Shown here: in pieces, positions 1-13,643 of the stretch | Numbering within the stretch: the stretch's first letter is position 1 | Layout of the letters: each line of letters starts with the position of its first letter | DNA from: Squalus acanthias | Taxonomy: Eukaryota | Direction: 5' to 3' | DNA length: 64,000 nucleotides | Assembly (NCBI GenBank): GCA_030390025.1 | Contig: JASTWF010000069.1 | Span: 434,001-498,000 of the forward strand | Made by a program: the position numbers and the translations under genes | Notes under the pieces: model-generated | The model's database searches: none | Told to the model about the DNA's origin: nothing | The model's input: only the letters and a program-made list of their open reading frames with translations

Positions 1-664
1 CGGATAATCTCACTGGTGATAAATCCCGAAACTGGATGACTCGGATTTTAATGCAAATTTTGGGCCATCTTTTGTTCTTGGTTCCCAGACACAACTGACG
101 GGGAATAAAGTGGAAATCTAAAGGAGCAGAACTGGATTACACAGGGACATTAATATTTAACTGATTATTATGGTCTGTGCGCTTCCTGCACTGAAATTCA
201 TAGCTTTGCCCCTGATAGAATTAAAACAAAATCTGATCTTGTTGTCTGAGAAACGGATCTCAATGAGAAGAGAAATTCCTCCGAGTGTGTCAGACACGGC
301 TCTCAGGAAACATCACCATCTTACACCCACACAGTGTGCAAGTAATTCTTCACCAATCCAATACACAGGGTGTGAGCAATGACTTTAACCCTAACCTGTG
401 TTATAATTTGCCCTTACTTGTTAGAAAACCAGGAATGAAAGCTCCTGTCCCCACTGCACCCTCCAATGTAGATTATTTCCACCTTCACCACGATAGAAGA
501 TTTCAGAAAAATAAATATCGGCCGATTAAAAGTAACGATTGAACAATTGGAAAAACTCGACATTTCACGAAAAAAATCAATTGACAGGAGCAGTGTCAGG
601 GAGGGAATCATCAGTGACTCTTGCAATCGCTGACAGGATTCATTTTAATCCACACAAGACATCA

Positions 665-1000
665 GCCGTCTTTCAGATGAGACGTTAAACCGAGGGCTCC
701 GTCTGCCCTCTCAGGTGGATGTAAAAGATCCCACGGCCACTATTTGAAAGAAGAGCAGGGGGGAGTTCTCCCCGGCGTCCTGAGGCCAATATTTATCCCT
801 CAATCAACATCACTAAAAACAGACTCTCTGGTCATTATCACATTGCTGTTCGTGGGAGCTTGCTGTGCGTAAATTGGCTGCCGTGTTTCCTACATTACAT
901 CAGTGACCACACTTCAAAAAAAGTACTTCATTGTCTGAGAAGCGCTTTGGGACGTCCTGAGGTGGTGAAAGGTGCTGGAGAAATGCGAGTCTTTCTTTCA
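665..1000 (+). mobile_element. DeuSINE 3' body without head (similar pieces at ~40962-41205 + and 46060-46395 -)
   Basis: gccgtctttcagatgagacgttaaaccgagg…aaggtgctggagaaatgcgagtctttc. Confidence 0.75.
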
Positions 1001-1307
1001 CATTCAATATCATCAGTCAATTTACAATATATTCATCCGCTTGTGGGAAATACAGGTTTAAACAGACCAGAACTAGCGAATAATTAGCAACATAAAACAC
1101 TTTGATGTCCACTTGACCTGATGTTTGCAGCTACAGTCAAAGCTTTGTATTGAAGCAATTCTAGTGGCGAGATGTGATGGGCCAATTTCCCATCTACAAT
1201 TTCAGTTCACACTTTAATTGGGCGCAAATCTTCTTTGCACTTAATGTTGTTAAAAATGCAGAGAAACCAATTGCCAACCAGCCTGTTCCTGGTGGATTGT
1301 ACACTGC

Positions 1308-1862
1308 ACAGCTGGAGTACTGTGTACAGGTCTGGTCACCACATTACAGGAAAGACGTGATTGTACTAGAGAGGCTGCAGAGGAGATTTACGAGGATGTT
1401 GCCAGGACTGGAGAATTTTAGCTATGAGGAAAGATTGGAGAGGCTGGGGTTGTTTTCTTTCGAACAGAGGAGGCTGAGGGAAGACTTAATTGAGGTGTAT
1501 AAAATGATGAGGGGCTTAGATAGAGTGGATAGGAAGGACCTATTTCCCCTAGCAGAGAGGTCAATAACCAGGGGGCAGAGATTTAAAGTAATTGGTCGAA
1601 GGATTAGAGGGGAGTTGAGGAGAACTTTTTTCACCCAGAGGGTGGTGGGGGTCTGGAACTCACTGCCTGAAAGGGTGGTAGAGGCAGAAACCCTCATCGC
1701 ATTTAAAAAGTTCTTGGATATGCACTTGAAGTGCTGTAACCTACAGGGCCATGGACCAAGAGCTGGAAAGTGGGATTAGACTGGATAGCTCATTCGGCAG
1801 GCACAGACACGGTGAGTCGAATGGCCTCCTTCTGTGCTGTAAATTTCTATGATTCTATGAAT
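1308..1862 (+). mobile_element. CR1 LINE 3' fragment
   Basis: LEYCVQVWSPHY…FFTQRVVGVWNSLP; terminal (ttctatga) repeat. Confidence 0.9.
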
Positions 1863-2228
1863 TACAATAGAAAGCCCTCAGATTGTGATAAAACCGCCCT
1901 CAGAAAACCCTGTGATCTTTTTAAACTCCCCTATAAATACATATGATGCAATAAATTGATATCCTCCGAAAGAGCCGGGTTTGAAACAAATCCAGTTAAA
2001 GAAGTTTAGTTAGTGACCCTTTCCGGAAATTAAACTTATCCATCCATTCATTTTCAAGCAGTTTCTTTTGAACAGAGGATGGGTTAGCTCGCTGTGTTTG
2101 ACGAGGTGGAGAGAGAGAGTACTTCATGGTGAAGAGTTTCTGCATCTTAATTTGCTGCCCATTCTCCTCCTGAAGATGACTTGTGGGGATCCTGTTCACA
2201 ATGTCCAGAGAACTCTCAAATTGAGGCA

Positions 2229-3045
2229 TCAGCCGTGGCTCAGTGGGTAGCACTCTCGCCTCTGAGTCAGAAGGTTGTGGGTTCAAGTCCCACTCCAGAG
2301 AACTTGAGCACAAAATCCAGGCTAACACTCCCAGTGCAGTACTGAGGGAGCGCCGCACTGTCGGAGGGGCGGTACTGAGGGAGCGCCGCAGTGTCGGAGG
2401 GGCAGCACTGAGGGAGCGCCGCACTGTCGGAGGGGCAGTACTGAGGGAGAGCCGCACTGTCGGAGGGGCAGTACTGAGGGAGCGCCGCACTGTCGGAGGG
2501 GCAGTACTGAGGGAGCGCCGCACTGTCGGAGGGGCAGTACTGAGGGAGCACCGCACTGTGGGAGAGGCAGTACTGAGGGAGCGCCGCACTGTCGGAGGGG
2601 CAGTACTGAGGGAACGCTGAACTGTCGCGGGGCAGTACTGAGGGAGAGCCGCACTGTCAGAGAGCCGGTACTGAGGGATCGCTGCACTGTCGGAGGGGCA
2701 GTACTGAGGGAGCGCCGCACTGACGGAGGGGCCGTTATTTGGAGAGGTTAAACCGAGGTTCCGTTTGCCCTCTCAGGTGGATGTAAAGTATCCCATGCCC
2801 CCTATTGGAAGAGCAGGCGAGTTCTCCCTGGGGCCAATATTTATCCCTCAATCAATATCACTGAAACAGATGATCTGGTCATTATCACATTGCTGTTTGT
2901 GGGAGCTTGCTGTGCGCAAATTGGCTGCCGCGTTTCCTAAATTACAACAGTGACTACACTTCAAAAAAGGTACTTCATTGGCTGTGAAGCGCTTTGGGAC
3001 GTCCTGAGGTGGTGAAAGGCGCTGGAGAAATGCGAGTCTTTCTTT
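2229..3045 (+). mobile_element. Full-length DeuSINE (SacSINE1/AmnSINE1-like) with internal 33-bp array (~2337-2732)
   Basis: tRNA-like head with A box (tggctcagtggg) and B box (ggttcaagtcc), conserved central domain, L2-like tail. Confidence 0.8.
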
Positions 3046-3622
3046 AATGTTGCTCCAGGGTGTCCCTGCAATACCTCCCTTCGTCCACCGGGTGGTGCTG
3101 GTGCTCTGTTTACCATTGGCCCGTTGAGCTGGACAACACCGCCATCTCCTGGCTGAGCACCATTAATACAGGAACCAAAACAACAACAACAACTTCCATT
3201 TATATAGCGCCTTTAACGCAGTAAAACGTCCCAAGGCGCTGCACAGGAGCAATTATCAAACAAATTTTACCTCCGATCCAGATAAGGAGATATTAGGACA
3301 GGTGACCAAACGCTTGGCCAAAGAGGTAGGTTTTAAGGAGCGTCTTAGAGGAGGAGAGAGGCGGAGAGGTTTAGGGAGGGAATTCCAGAGCTTAGGGCCC
3401 GGGCAGCTGAAGGCACGGCCGCCAATGGTGTAGCGATTAAAATCGGGGGATGCGCTAGAGGCCAGAATTGGAGGAGCGCAGAGATCTCGGAGGGTCAGAA
3501 TCATAGAACGGTTACAGCACAGGAGGAGGCCATTCGGCCCGTCGAGCCCGTGCCGGCTCTCTGCAAGAGCACTTCAGCTAGTTCCCCGTAGCCCTGCAAG
3601 TTTTTTTTCCTTCAGGTACTTA

Positions 3623-5001
3623 TGGAGGTGGGACAGTTGGCAAAATGGCAAAAACTGAGGGTGGGTTCGGAACCCGCCTCCGCGCAATTTTGCCGGAGGC
3701 GGGTTTGATGGCTGCGATTTGGTCCCGCCTCCATCAATCAGGAGAGGAAGACCCTTAAATAGTAGTTAAGGGCCTCTACAATCCGATTTTGACAGGCCTT
3801 TGTTATTTTACCACATTTTGTGCGTGTTGCACGACCCTCCTAAACCACGCCAGCCAATCCTGGCGGGTTGACAAGTGGGTGGCCTCCTCACAGCTGCAGC
3901 TCCATTAAAACGGAGCTTTCATCAGGAAGCTGTTGCAGGTGGCAGAACTTTTGTTCCAAAGGTCTTTCAGCACTTTTTGCAGGCCTACCGAAGTCGGAGG
4001 TGCTGCAGCTTCTATCTCTCAACTGTGGGACCTCCTTGGAAGACCCTCTCCCCACTTGGACTGAGCGCTTCCCCAATGGAGGTATCTGCCAGCAGCATGG
4101 GAACCATTTATTTCCTTTCATCATGGACCTCAGATTCGGATGAGCAGCAGCCACGGCAGCAGCAGAACCAGGCAGCTCAGCAGCAACAGCAGCAGGAGCC
4201 CCAACCTCCTGCTCACCCACCTGATGTTGCACAGGGCAGAAGGCGCCAGCGCATGGAAGCACGTCGTGCAAGGAATGCACTCATCCTGGCCAGATTTGCA
4301 CAGGTTGCCCATTGTGGCACATGTGCTTGGCTCCTTCTTAACACAGGATAGACAAAGGACATGACTCTCTGGCCTCCTTTCACTCTGACCACCAACCTGA
4401 CCACGCAAGTGTCGCGGAGCCCGCAATGTGGAGCTGCCTAAGCCGAAATAACAGATGCCATCACGCCAACAGTTTGCCATCACCTAATTTTAATACATTC
4501 CCACAGGGATGGCATTTCATCAATGAACAGAATCAATCACCCAATCTGCACACAGATCTGGAGGTTATATCCCTTGCCAGCTGGACCCACACAGCCTTGG
4601 TTTCTTTGGGAGGCCTCTTCCTCCCAGATGAGGGGAAGAGCACCTCCCTGCTAGCTCTCGCCCCCTCAACCAGCATACCCAGCGCCTCATCCGAGAACCT
4701 CGGGGAGGCCCTTGCCTTGGAGCTGGCCATTCTTCAAGGAGATAACAGCTTGGAGGTGGTGCAGCATCGACCAAGAACCAGTGGAATGAGCCAAGGCAAC
4801 AAGCAGCCCTTAAATGACGCTGGATGAGTGACGTCAGTAGAGGCGAGTTTCAGTCCCAAAACACTAGTTGGCCCAGGGGAACTCACACCTCTGAAATCAA
4901 CTGGCCAATTAGGGGAAAATCGCAAATTTTTCCCACCTCTCAGTGGAGGCGGGTTTGGAACCCACCCAAACCGAAACCCGCCTCCATTGGGAAAATCGCC
5001 C
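3623..5001. mobile_element. Degenerate PIF/Harbinger element with Myb/SANT-like ORF remnant (4533-4730, -)
   Basis: RASPRFSDEALGMLVEG…REVLF…TKAVWVQLA motif; subterminal palindromes (ggaggcgggttt…aaacccgcctcc); GGGC-type end near 5001. Confidence 0.65.
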
Positions 5002-5585
5002 CCAATACTCCAGTTGAGGCCGAACCAGGGTTTTATAAAGTTTCATCATAACTTCCTTGCTTTTGTACCCTGTGCCTCTATTTATGAAGCCCAGGATTCC
5101 GTATGCTTTTTTAACCAGTTTCTCAACCTGCCCTGACACCTTCAACGATTTATTTACATATACCCCCAGGTCTCTCTGTTCATGCACCCCCTTTAGAATT
5201 GTACCCTTTAGTTTATATTGCCTCTCCTCGTTCTTCCTACCAAAATGTATCACTTCACTCTTTTCCTGTTAAATTTCATCTGCCACGTGTCCGCCCATTC
5301 CACCAGCCTGTCTATATCCTCTTGAAGTCTATCACTCTCCTCCTCACTGTTCACTATACTTCCAAGTTTTGTGTCATCTGCAAATTTTGAAATTGTGCCC
5401 TGTACATCCTAGTCTAAGTCATTAATATATATCAAGAAAAGCAGTGGTCCTAGTACCGACCCCTGGGGAACACCACTGTGTACCTTCCTCCAGTCCGAAA
5501 AACAACCGTTCACCACTACTCTCTGTTTCCTGTCACTTAGCCAATTCCGTATCCATGCTGCCACTGTCCCTTTTATTCCATGGGT
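5002..5585 (-). mobile_element. CR1 RT fragment
   Basis: KFADDTK and HFGRKN…DLGVYV…LYKTLVRPQLEY. Confidence 0.85.
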
Positions 5586-7940
5586 TGTGGGGCTGGAGGA
5601 GGTTACAGAGATCGGGAGAGGGCGAGGAGGCCATGAAGGGATTTGAACACAAGGATGAGAATTTTAAAATCGAGGCATTGCTTAACCGGGAGCCCGTGTA
5701 GGTCAGCGAGCGACAGGGGGTGACGGGTGAAGGGGACTGGGTGCGAGTTAGGACACGGGGCAGCAGAGTTTTGGAGGAGCTCAGTTTACGGAGGGTGGAA
5801 GGTGGGAGGTCGGCCAGGAGAGCGTTGGAATAGTCGAGTCTGGAGGTAACAAAGGCACGGGTGAGGGTTTCAGCAGCGGATGAGCTGAGGCAGGGGCGGA
5901 GATGTAATGTAAACAATGCCATGGCATTCCCTGAGTAAGACCAGGAGAGTTCTTCGGTGCCCTACCCAATGTTCCCCTTCAACCTCTTTGTGGACAGGAC
6001 ATACCCGGGCAGTTTTCCGCATTGTCGGGTAGATGCCAGTGTTGTAGCTGCACTGGAACAGCTTGGCTAAGAGCACGGTTAATTCTTGTGGTGAAGGTGC
6101 TCCCGCGGCACCGTTTGGTCGGGAGTTGCGGGATTTTGAACCGGCGACTATGATGGAACGGCCGATATATCTCCAAGTCGGGGTCGGTGAGTGTGTGACT
6201 CGGAGGGGGAACTTGGAGGCGATGGTGTTCCCATGTGCCGGCTGTCCTTGTCCTTCCAGGAGTGGTGCTGGAGGTGACGTGTTTGGGAGGTTTTGTCGAA
6301 GAATGTGGCACTGGGCACAGAAGAGAAAGAAGACTTGTTATCCTCCTTGTCCTGTCACCCTCCTCCAGGAAGCCTCAATCCCAGCCAATAAACTCATTCT
6401 TTCACTAAAAAAAAACCTTTAAAGTAAATCCAACTCCTTCTCCCATCTCATTAAACATTTCCCCCCCAACAGCTCCTTCTCTGGGCTTCCTGAATGTGTT
6501 TTTCCCCCAGTAGACTGAGCTTTCTGAAGTTGGCCATTGAGTTTAACCTTTCACCAGGAGGAGGCACACTGAGCCTGTTACAGAGAGAGAGGGGGACAGA
6601 GAGAGAGAAACAAAGAGAGGGAGAGACTCCTGGTGGATCAGCGAGCGTTGGGGTCCCTCTCCCCCGTCCCCGCAGCGCCGAGACCATCGCTCGCTCTGCC
6701 CGGAGTCCGGGCCCACATCCCCCGGATACCATCGCTCGCTCTGACAGGGAAACGGTTAAACACTGAGGCAGCTCCTGTGGACAGGGACGCTGCCGCCAGC
6801 CCCACACTACAGAATTTACAGTGTGGGGAATACATGGTTCAGTTCTGACACACAACCCGGCGGCCAATCACAGCCCCTGGAGTGAGCACAGTGACGGGAA
6901 ACTGAGAAACAGTAATCTCCAGAAAGCAGAAAGTCACCAACGCTGCAGTTTCTGTGACCGGGCCACTAATCGCAATCCCCGGAAGAAAGATAGTTTACAG
7001 AAAGTGGCCTTTTAGCTCTGCAAAAAAAAAGATAGTTGAAAGAATCTGTTGGCAATGTTTGATGAAACGTAACATCTTATTTTGGACATTAGAAATTTGC
7101 TGATGCAAAAACTAAACAAACTTTAAAATCCAATTTGAGATTTAATTATTGTCAAGTGTGATGCTGAGGTGGTTTTGACATTATAAATGTTTACGTAGGC
7201 AATCTCCATTTTAAATCTTTCCCATTAAAAATTACAAAAGATATTATTGCTTGGCATACACGGGACCTGTCGCTCTAAATTATAAAATTCTCATCCTCGT
7301 GTTCAAATCCCTCCATGGCCCTCGCCCCTCCCTATCTCTGTAACCTCCTCCAACCCTTCCAGATCTCTGCGCTCCTCCAATTCTGACCTCTTGCGCATCC
7401 CCCGATTTCCATCACTCCACCATTGGTGGCCGTGCCTTCAGTTGCCTGGGCCCCAAGCTCTGGAATTCCCTCCCTAAACCTCTCCGCCTCTCTCTCCTCC
7501 TTTAAGACGCTGCTTAGAACCGACCTCTTTGACCCAGCTTTTGGTCACCTGTCCTAATATCTCCTCATGTGGCTTGGTGTCAAATTTTATTCGTTGATCG
7601 CTGCTGTGAAGCCTGGAAACACAAGGACAGAGAATGAATAACACCCGGGCTGAGAAAAAGGCCTTGTCTTATCAGGGTATGATGCGTTTCCAAACTCTCT
7701 GTTGTTCGTACATCGCCCTTTCCTCCACAGTTTCTCTCACACTAAAAGTGCTAAGGGAAAGGATGCTATATAAATGGTGCTTGTTGTCAATAGTACATGC
7801 CTGAGCTTCAGCCTTCCCACAGCAGTGAAAGCAGTGAGTTACTGGTCAGAGCTTCTTGCAGTATAACCCTGTGAAGCTTGGGATGTAATGTTCCAGCAGG
7901 GAGGTTATATCTGTGGATAAATTCTTTGAATCTTTTCCAG

Positions 7941-8090
7941 GTTCTTTGCCTGTCACAGTTTCCGGGTTCCTTGGGGAGCAGGTTGTGTTGCCCTGTACCT
8001 ACAAAGGGAATGTCCCAGTCCCAGATTTACAAGTCCTTTGGTGGATACCCAAGCGTAAAGTTGTCCACAAGTTTGTCTATGGGAGCGATG
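7941..8090 (+). pseudogene. Truncated IgV exon copy with ~0.9 kb of upstream intron
   Basis: 7030-8090 duplicates ~17085-18140; the exon stops after nt 150 and continues into a 33-bp repeat unit. Confidence 0.85.
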
Positions 8091-8878
8091 CACTGCCGGA
8101 GGGGCAGTACTGAGGGAGCACTGCAAAAATGAGGCAACTTATTCGTTCCACTGCTTTTACATCCAGTAGATTGTGCTCCATTATGAAGACAGTTTTTATA
8201 TGGACGGGTCCTTAGCCTGATGAACAATGCCCTACCAGGAGGGTCCGGCTAGATACGATGGGTGTCGGGTTGACACTCCACTCCCATCGGGCACCAGAAC
8301 CTCGCTGGATGTCAACCCAGTATTCAGAGACTGGAATTCTCGCCTCCGCTTACCAGGGTAGAGATAACAAGTAGGGATTGGAATAAAGAGGTAAAAAGGT
8401 GTCTGGTAAAAAAGCCACAGCCATGAGGAGGTTCAATGTGTCTCAGATACTGGAACAAGCCCAGCAGCAACAAATGGAGGGTTCAATGTGTCCTGGACAT
8501 TGAAGTAAACTCAATCGCAATGATGAGGAAGGTCGAGTTGATCCTGGAGAATGCTTGCAATCAGAAGTAGTGTGTCTAGAGGCCACACGGACAGTCAAAC
8601 ATGATCCAAATCATAGCAACATGAGGAGAGACCCCCAACCAACAGTCCAATGTATCTCGGAAAGGTAATTCCCATTTTCAGTTTTCACACTTTACACACA
8701 GCAAGGTCCCACAAACACCACTGTGATAAATGACCAGTTAATCTGTTTTGGATGTTGCTTGAGGGATAAATATTGGCCTGAGGACACCAGGGAGATCTCC
8801 CCTGTTCTTCTTCGAAATGAAGGACTTCCACGCGAGGGGCCTCGGTTTCACATCTCATCTGAAAGACGGCACCTTCAA

Positions 8879-10624
8879 CAGTGCGGCCCTGCCTCAGTAC
8901 TGCCCCTCCGACAGTGCAGCGTTCCCTCAGTACTGCCCCTCCGACAGTGTGGCGCTCCCTCAGTACTGCCCCTCCGACAGTGCGGCGCTCCCTCAGTACT
9001 GCCCCTCCGACAATGCGGCGTTCCCTCAGTACTGCCCCTCCGACAGTGCAGCGCTCCCTCAGTACTGCCACTCCGACAGTGCGGCGCTCCCTCACTACTG
9101 CCCCTCCGACAGTGCGCCGTTCCCTCAGTACTGCCCCTCCAGTGCGGCACTCCCTCAGTACTGCCCCTCCGACAGTGCGGCGCTCCCTCAGTACTGCCCC
9201 TCCGACAGTGCGGCGCTCCCTCAGTACTGCCACTCCGACAGTGCGGCGCTCCCTCAGTACTGCCCCTCCGACAGTGCTGCGCTCCCTCAGTACTGCCCCT
9301 CCGACAGTGCGGCGCTCCCTCAGTACTGCCCCTCCGACAGTGCGGCGCACCCTCAGTACTGCCCCTCCGACAGTGCGGCGCTCCCTCAGTACTGCCCCTC
9401 CGACAGTGCGGCGCTCCCTCAGTACTGCCCCTCCGACAGTGCGGCACTCCCTCAGTACTGCCCCTCCGACAGTCCGGCGCTCCCTCAGTACTGCCCCTCC
9501 GACAGTGCGGCGCTCCCTCAGTACTGCCCCTCCGACAGTGCGGCGCTCCCTCAGTACTGCCCCTCCGACAGTGCGGCGCTCCCTCAGTACTGCCACTCCG
9601 ACAGTGCAACGCTCCCTCAGTACCGCCCTCCGACAGTTCGGCGCTCCCTCAGTACTGCCCCTCCGACAGTGCTGCGCTCCCTCAGTACTGCCCCTCCAAC
9701 AGTGCGGCGCTCCCTCAGTACTGCCCCTCCGACAGTGCGGCGCTCCCTCAGTACTGCCCCTCCGACAGTGCAGCGCTCCCTCAGTACTGCCACTCCGACA
9801 GTGCGGCGCTCCCTCACTACTGCCCCTCCGACAGTGCGCCGTTCCCTCAGTACTGCCCCTCCAGTGCGGCACTCCCTCAGTACTGCCCCTCCGACAGTGC
9901 GGCGCTCCCTCAGTACTGCCCCTCCGACAGTGCGGCGCTCCCTCAGTACTGCCACTCCGACAGTGCGGCGCTCCCTCAGTACTGCCCCTCCGACAGTGCG
10001 GCGCTCCCTCAGTACTGCCCCTCCGACAGTGCGGCGCTCCCTCAGTACTGCCCCTCCGACAGTGCGGCGCTCCCTCAGTACTGCCCCTCCGACAGTGCGG
10101 CGCTCCCTCAGTACTGCCCCTCCGACAGTGCGGCGCTCCCTCAGTACTGCCCCTCCGACAGTGCGGCACTCCCTCAGTACTGCCCCTCCGACAGTCCGGC
10201 GCTCCCTCAGTACTGCCCCTCCGACAGTGCGGCGCTCCCTCAGTACTGCCCCTCCGACAGTGCGGCGCTCCCTCAGTACTGCCCCTCCGACAGTGCGGCG
10301 CTCCCTCAGTACTGCCACTCCGACAGTGCAACACTCCCTCAGTACCGCCCTCCGACAGTTCGGCGCTCCCTCAGTACTGCCCCTCCGACAGTGCTGCGCT
10401 CCCTCAGTACTGCCCCTCCAACAGTGCGGCGCTCCCTCAGTACTGCCCCTCCGACAGTGCGGCGCTCCCTCGGTACCGCCCCTCCGACAGTGCGGCGCTC
10501 CCTCGGTACCGCCCCTCCGACAGTGCGGCACTCCCTCAGTACTGCCCCTCTGACAGTGCGGCGCTCCCTCTGTACCGCCCCTCCGACAGTGCAGCTGTCC
10601 CTCAGTACTGCCCCTCCGACAGTG
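8879..10624 (-). repeat. 33-bp minisatellite (~53 units) attached to the DeuSINE body at ~8700-8880
   Basis: Unit cagtactgcccctccgacagtgcggcgctccct. Confidence 0.95.
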
Positions 10625-10655
10625 CATCGCTCCCATCGACAAACTTGTGCAAAAC
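10625..10655 (-). pseudogene. 31-bp IgV exon remnant (VLHKFVDGSD) between two minisatellites
   Basis: Reverse complement gttttgcacaagtttgtcgatgggagcgatg; same 3' breakpoint as the other copies. Confidence 0.75.
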
Positions 10656-11680
10656 AAGAGCTGTGTCCCCAACCCCCGGGTACAAGAGCTGTGTCCCCCC
10701 AACCCCTGGGTACAAGAGCTGTGTCCCCCCAACACCCGGGTACAAGAGCTGTGTCCCCCCAACCCCCCGGGTACAAAAGCTGTGTCCCCAACCCCCCGGG
10801 TACAAGAGCTGTGTCCCCAACCCCCGGGTACAAGAGCTGTGTCGCCCAACCCCCCGGGTACAAGAGCTGTGCCCCCAACCGCCGGGTACAAGTGCTGTGT
10901 CTCCAACCCCCGGGTACAGGAGCCGTGTCCCCCCAACCCCCGGGTACAGGAGCCGTGTCCCCCCAACCCCCGGGTACAAGAGCTGTGTCCCCCCAACCCC
11001 CGGGTACAAGAGCTGTGTCCCCAACCCCCGGGTACAAGAGCTGTGCCCCCAACCCCCCGGGTACAAGAGCTGTGTCTCCCCCAACCCCCGGGTACAAGAG
11101 CTGTGTCCCCAAGCCCCCGGGTACAGAGCTGTGTCTCCCAACCCCCGGGTACAAGAGCTGTGTCCCCCCAACCCCCGGGTACAAGAGCTGTGTCTCCCAA
11201 CCCCCGGGTACAAGAGCTGTGTCTCCAACCCCCGGGTACAAGAGCCGTGTCCCCCCAACCCCCGGGTACAGGAGCCGTGTCCCCAACCCCCGGGTACAGG
11301 AGCTGTGTCCCCCCAACCCCCGGGTACAAGAGCTGTGTCCCCAACCCCCGGGTACAAGAGCTGTGTCTCCAACCCCCCGGGTACAGGAGCTGTGTCCCCC
11401 AACCCCCCGGGTACAAGAGCTGTGTCTCCAACCCCCGGGTACAAGAGCTGTGTCTCCAACCCCCCGGGTACAGGAGCTGTGTCCCCAACCCCCCGGGTAC
11501 AAGAGCTGTGTCCCCAACCCCCCGGGTACAAGAGCTGTGTCCCCAACCCCCGGGTACAAGAGCTGTGTCCCCAACCCCCGGGTACAAGAGCTGTGTCCCC
11601 AACCCCCGGGTACAAGAGCTGTGTCTCCAACCCCCGGGTACAAGAGCTGTGTCCCCAACCCCCGGGTACAAGAGCTGTGC
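10656..11680. repeat. ~28-31-bp minisatellite
   Basis: Unit aagagctgtgtccccaacccccgggtac with variable C runs. Confidence 0.95.
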
Positions 11681-11794
11681 TCATCCCAGGGGCTGTGATT
11701 GGCCACCGGGTTGTGTGTCAGAACTGAACCATGTATTTCACCACACTGTAAATTCTGTCGTGTGGGCGGCAAAGCCACTGTTTAACCATTTCCC

Positions 11795-12278
11795 TGGAGA
11801 TTTACGAGGATGTTGCCAGGACTGGAGAATTTTAGCTATGAGGAAAGATTGGATAGGCTGGGGTTGTTTTCTTTGGAACAGAGGAGGCTGAGGGAAGACT
11901 TAAATCAAGTGTATAAAATGATGAGGGGCTTAGATAGAGTGGATAGGAAGGACCTATTTCCCCTAGCAGAGAGGTCAATAACCAGGGGGCAGAGATTTGA
12001 AGTAATTGGTAGAAGGATTAGAGAGGAGTTGAGAACTTTTTTCACCCAGAGGGTGGTGGGGGTCTGGAACTCACTGCCTGAAAGGGTGGTAGAGGCAGAA
12101 ACCCTCATCACATTTAAAAACTTCTTGGATATGCACTTGAAGTGCGTAACCTACAGGGCCATGGACCAAGAGCTGGAAAGTGGGATTAGACTGGATAGCT
12201 CATTCGGCCGGCACAGACACGGTGAGTCGAATGGCCTCCTTCTGTGCTGTAAATTTCTCTGATTCTATTCTATGATTC
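11795..12278 (+). mobile_element. CR1 3' fragment
   Basis: RT C-terminal motifs and tail. Confidence 0.9.
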
Positions 12279-13643
12279 AGTCTGTCTCGCTCTTGATCCT
12301 CCTGAAGTCTGTTCCTGCCCCATCTCGCTGTCTTATTACATTTCAGAGTTCCGTGTCATCTGCAAACTTTGAAATGATGCCCTGTATACCCAAGACCAGG
12401 TCATTAATATACATCAAAAGAGCAGTGGTCCCAACAGCAAGCCCTTGGACACCACTGTATACCTCCCTCCAGTCTGAAAAACAACCGTTCACCGTTACTC
12501 TGCTTTCGGTCCTTAAACAAAGCAAGACTGTACATCCACTCGTATAAACAGGGGCTTCCCTTTAATCACAGGTTCAAAATGTACATATAGAAAAATGACA
12601 TTCCAGTCTACAGGAGAGAGCAAGATAGACACATTATATACATTTATTTATTTATACAAAGGACCTGAATTTGCGGTCGGAGGATTTCCCGCGGGGAAAT
12701 GCCTCTGAACCCGAATAAAATCCGCGCCTACCTGGTTCCTCGGGATCCACGTAGACTCGCCTTCCTGGGCCTCTACGTGTATGCTGGCCCAACCAGGCCT
12801 TTTACCTTATAGGGAACAGTAGCATAGTGGTAATATTACTGGACTAATAATCCAGAGACCTGGACTAATAATCGATTTATTCTATGCATTATATCGCAGC
12901 ATTACTGTGTCCAATGTTAGTCTCAGGAACATCCACCTTTCGCGCACGAAAACCCAGAACTTGCAGGACCCTTACGGGTGCGTATGCCCCAGAGAATACG
13001 GGCCAAAATATACACACAATATTTGGTCACTAAGGCAGTGTCATTCGTGTCAAGACATATGTAAAATATTTAGAATATGAATTGTGTGTATAAAACAGTG
13101 AGAGACGAGGAACTGTAGAGCAGAGAGATTTGGGAGTCCAAGGTTCACGAATCATTAAAAGCCAGTGGCCAGGTACAGGTCCATGGGTTTATAAATAGAG
13201 GCCTCTGTCTCTGCTGTGTCCTTCTATGATTCTGTACATCCACTGACAAATATAAAGACCGGCTTCTCTTTAATCACTGCTTGGATTGAAAACTTCATAG
13301 AAAAGCAATATTCAAATATAAATGCATAATTTTTGCTGCAGACAGTTTCAATATGTAAAACATCTGGAATATAAATTCTGTATATAAAGCAGTTGCTGGC
13401 AATGATGTCGTCGCTGGCTCTGGCTCGTGAGTGATGCTGCAGAGGGAGGTTCTGAAGCCTCTTCCCACATTCCCCACTGTGGGAGTGCCATCGCTACAAG
13501 GACTGCAGTGGTTCAAGTCGAGATGGTCAAGAAATGGGGCCCCGCCCGCACCACCCACACCCTGAACAAGTAAAGAAATGAATCAGAAAGTGCCTGTTGT
13601 TCCCGCTCATCAATGGGATATTTGGGAGTTACCATCTCTCACA

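Noticed and set aside
1174-1779. CR1-derived ORFs as host genes (also 51676, 52827 and 55207)
   Set aside because: They are 5'-truncated RT fragments with chance upstream starts
2229-2300. tRNA-like sequences (also near 18385, 44220 and 47166)
   Set aside because: They are SINE heads continuing into SINE bodies, not tRNA genes
8685-11891. Very long ORFs (up to 991 aa) of STAPPTVRRSL / PQYCPSDSAAL / PPGTRAVSP repeats
   Set aside because: These are translations of minisatellites that are open in several frames on both strands; there is no coding evidence. The same applies to ORFs over the other arrays.
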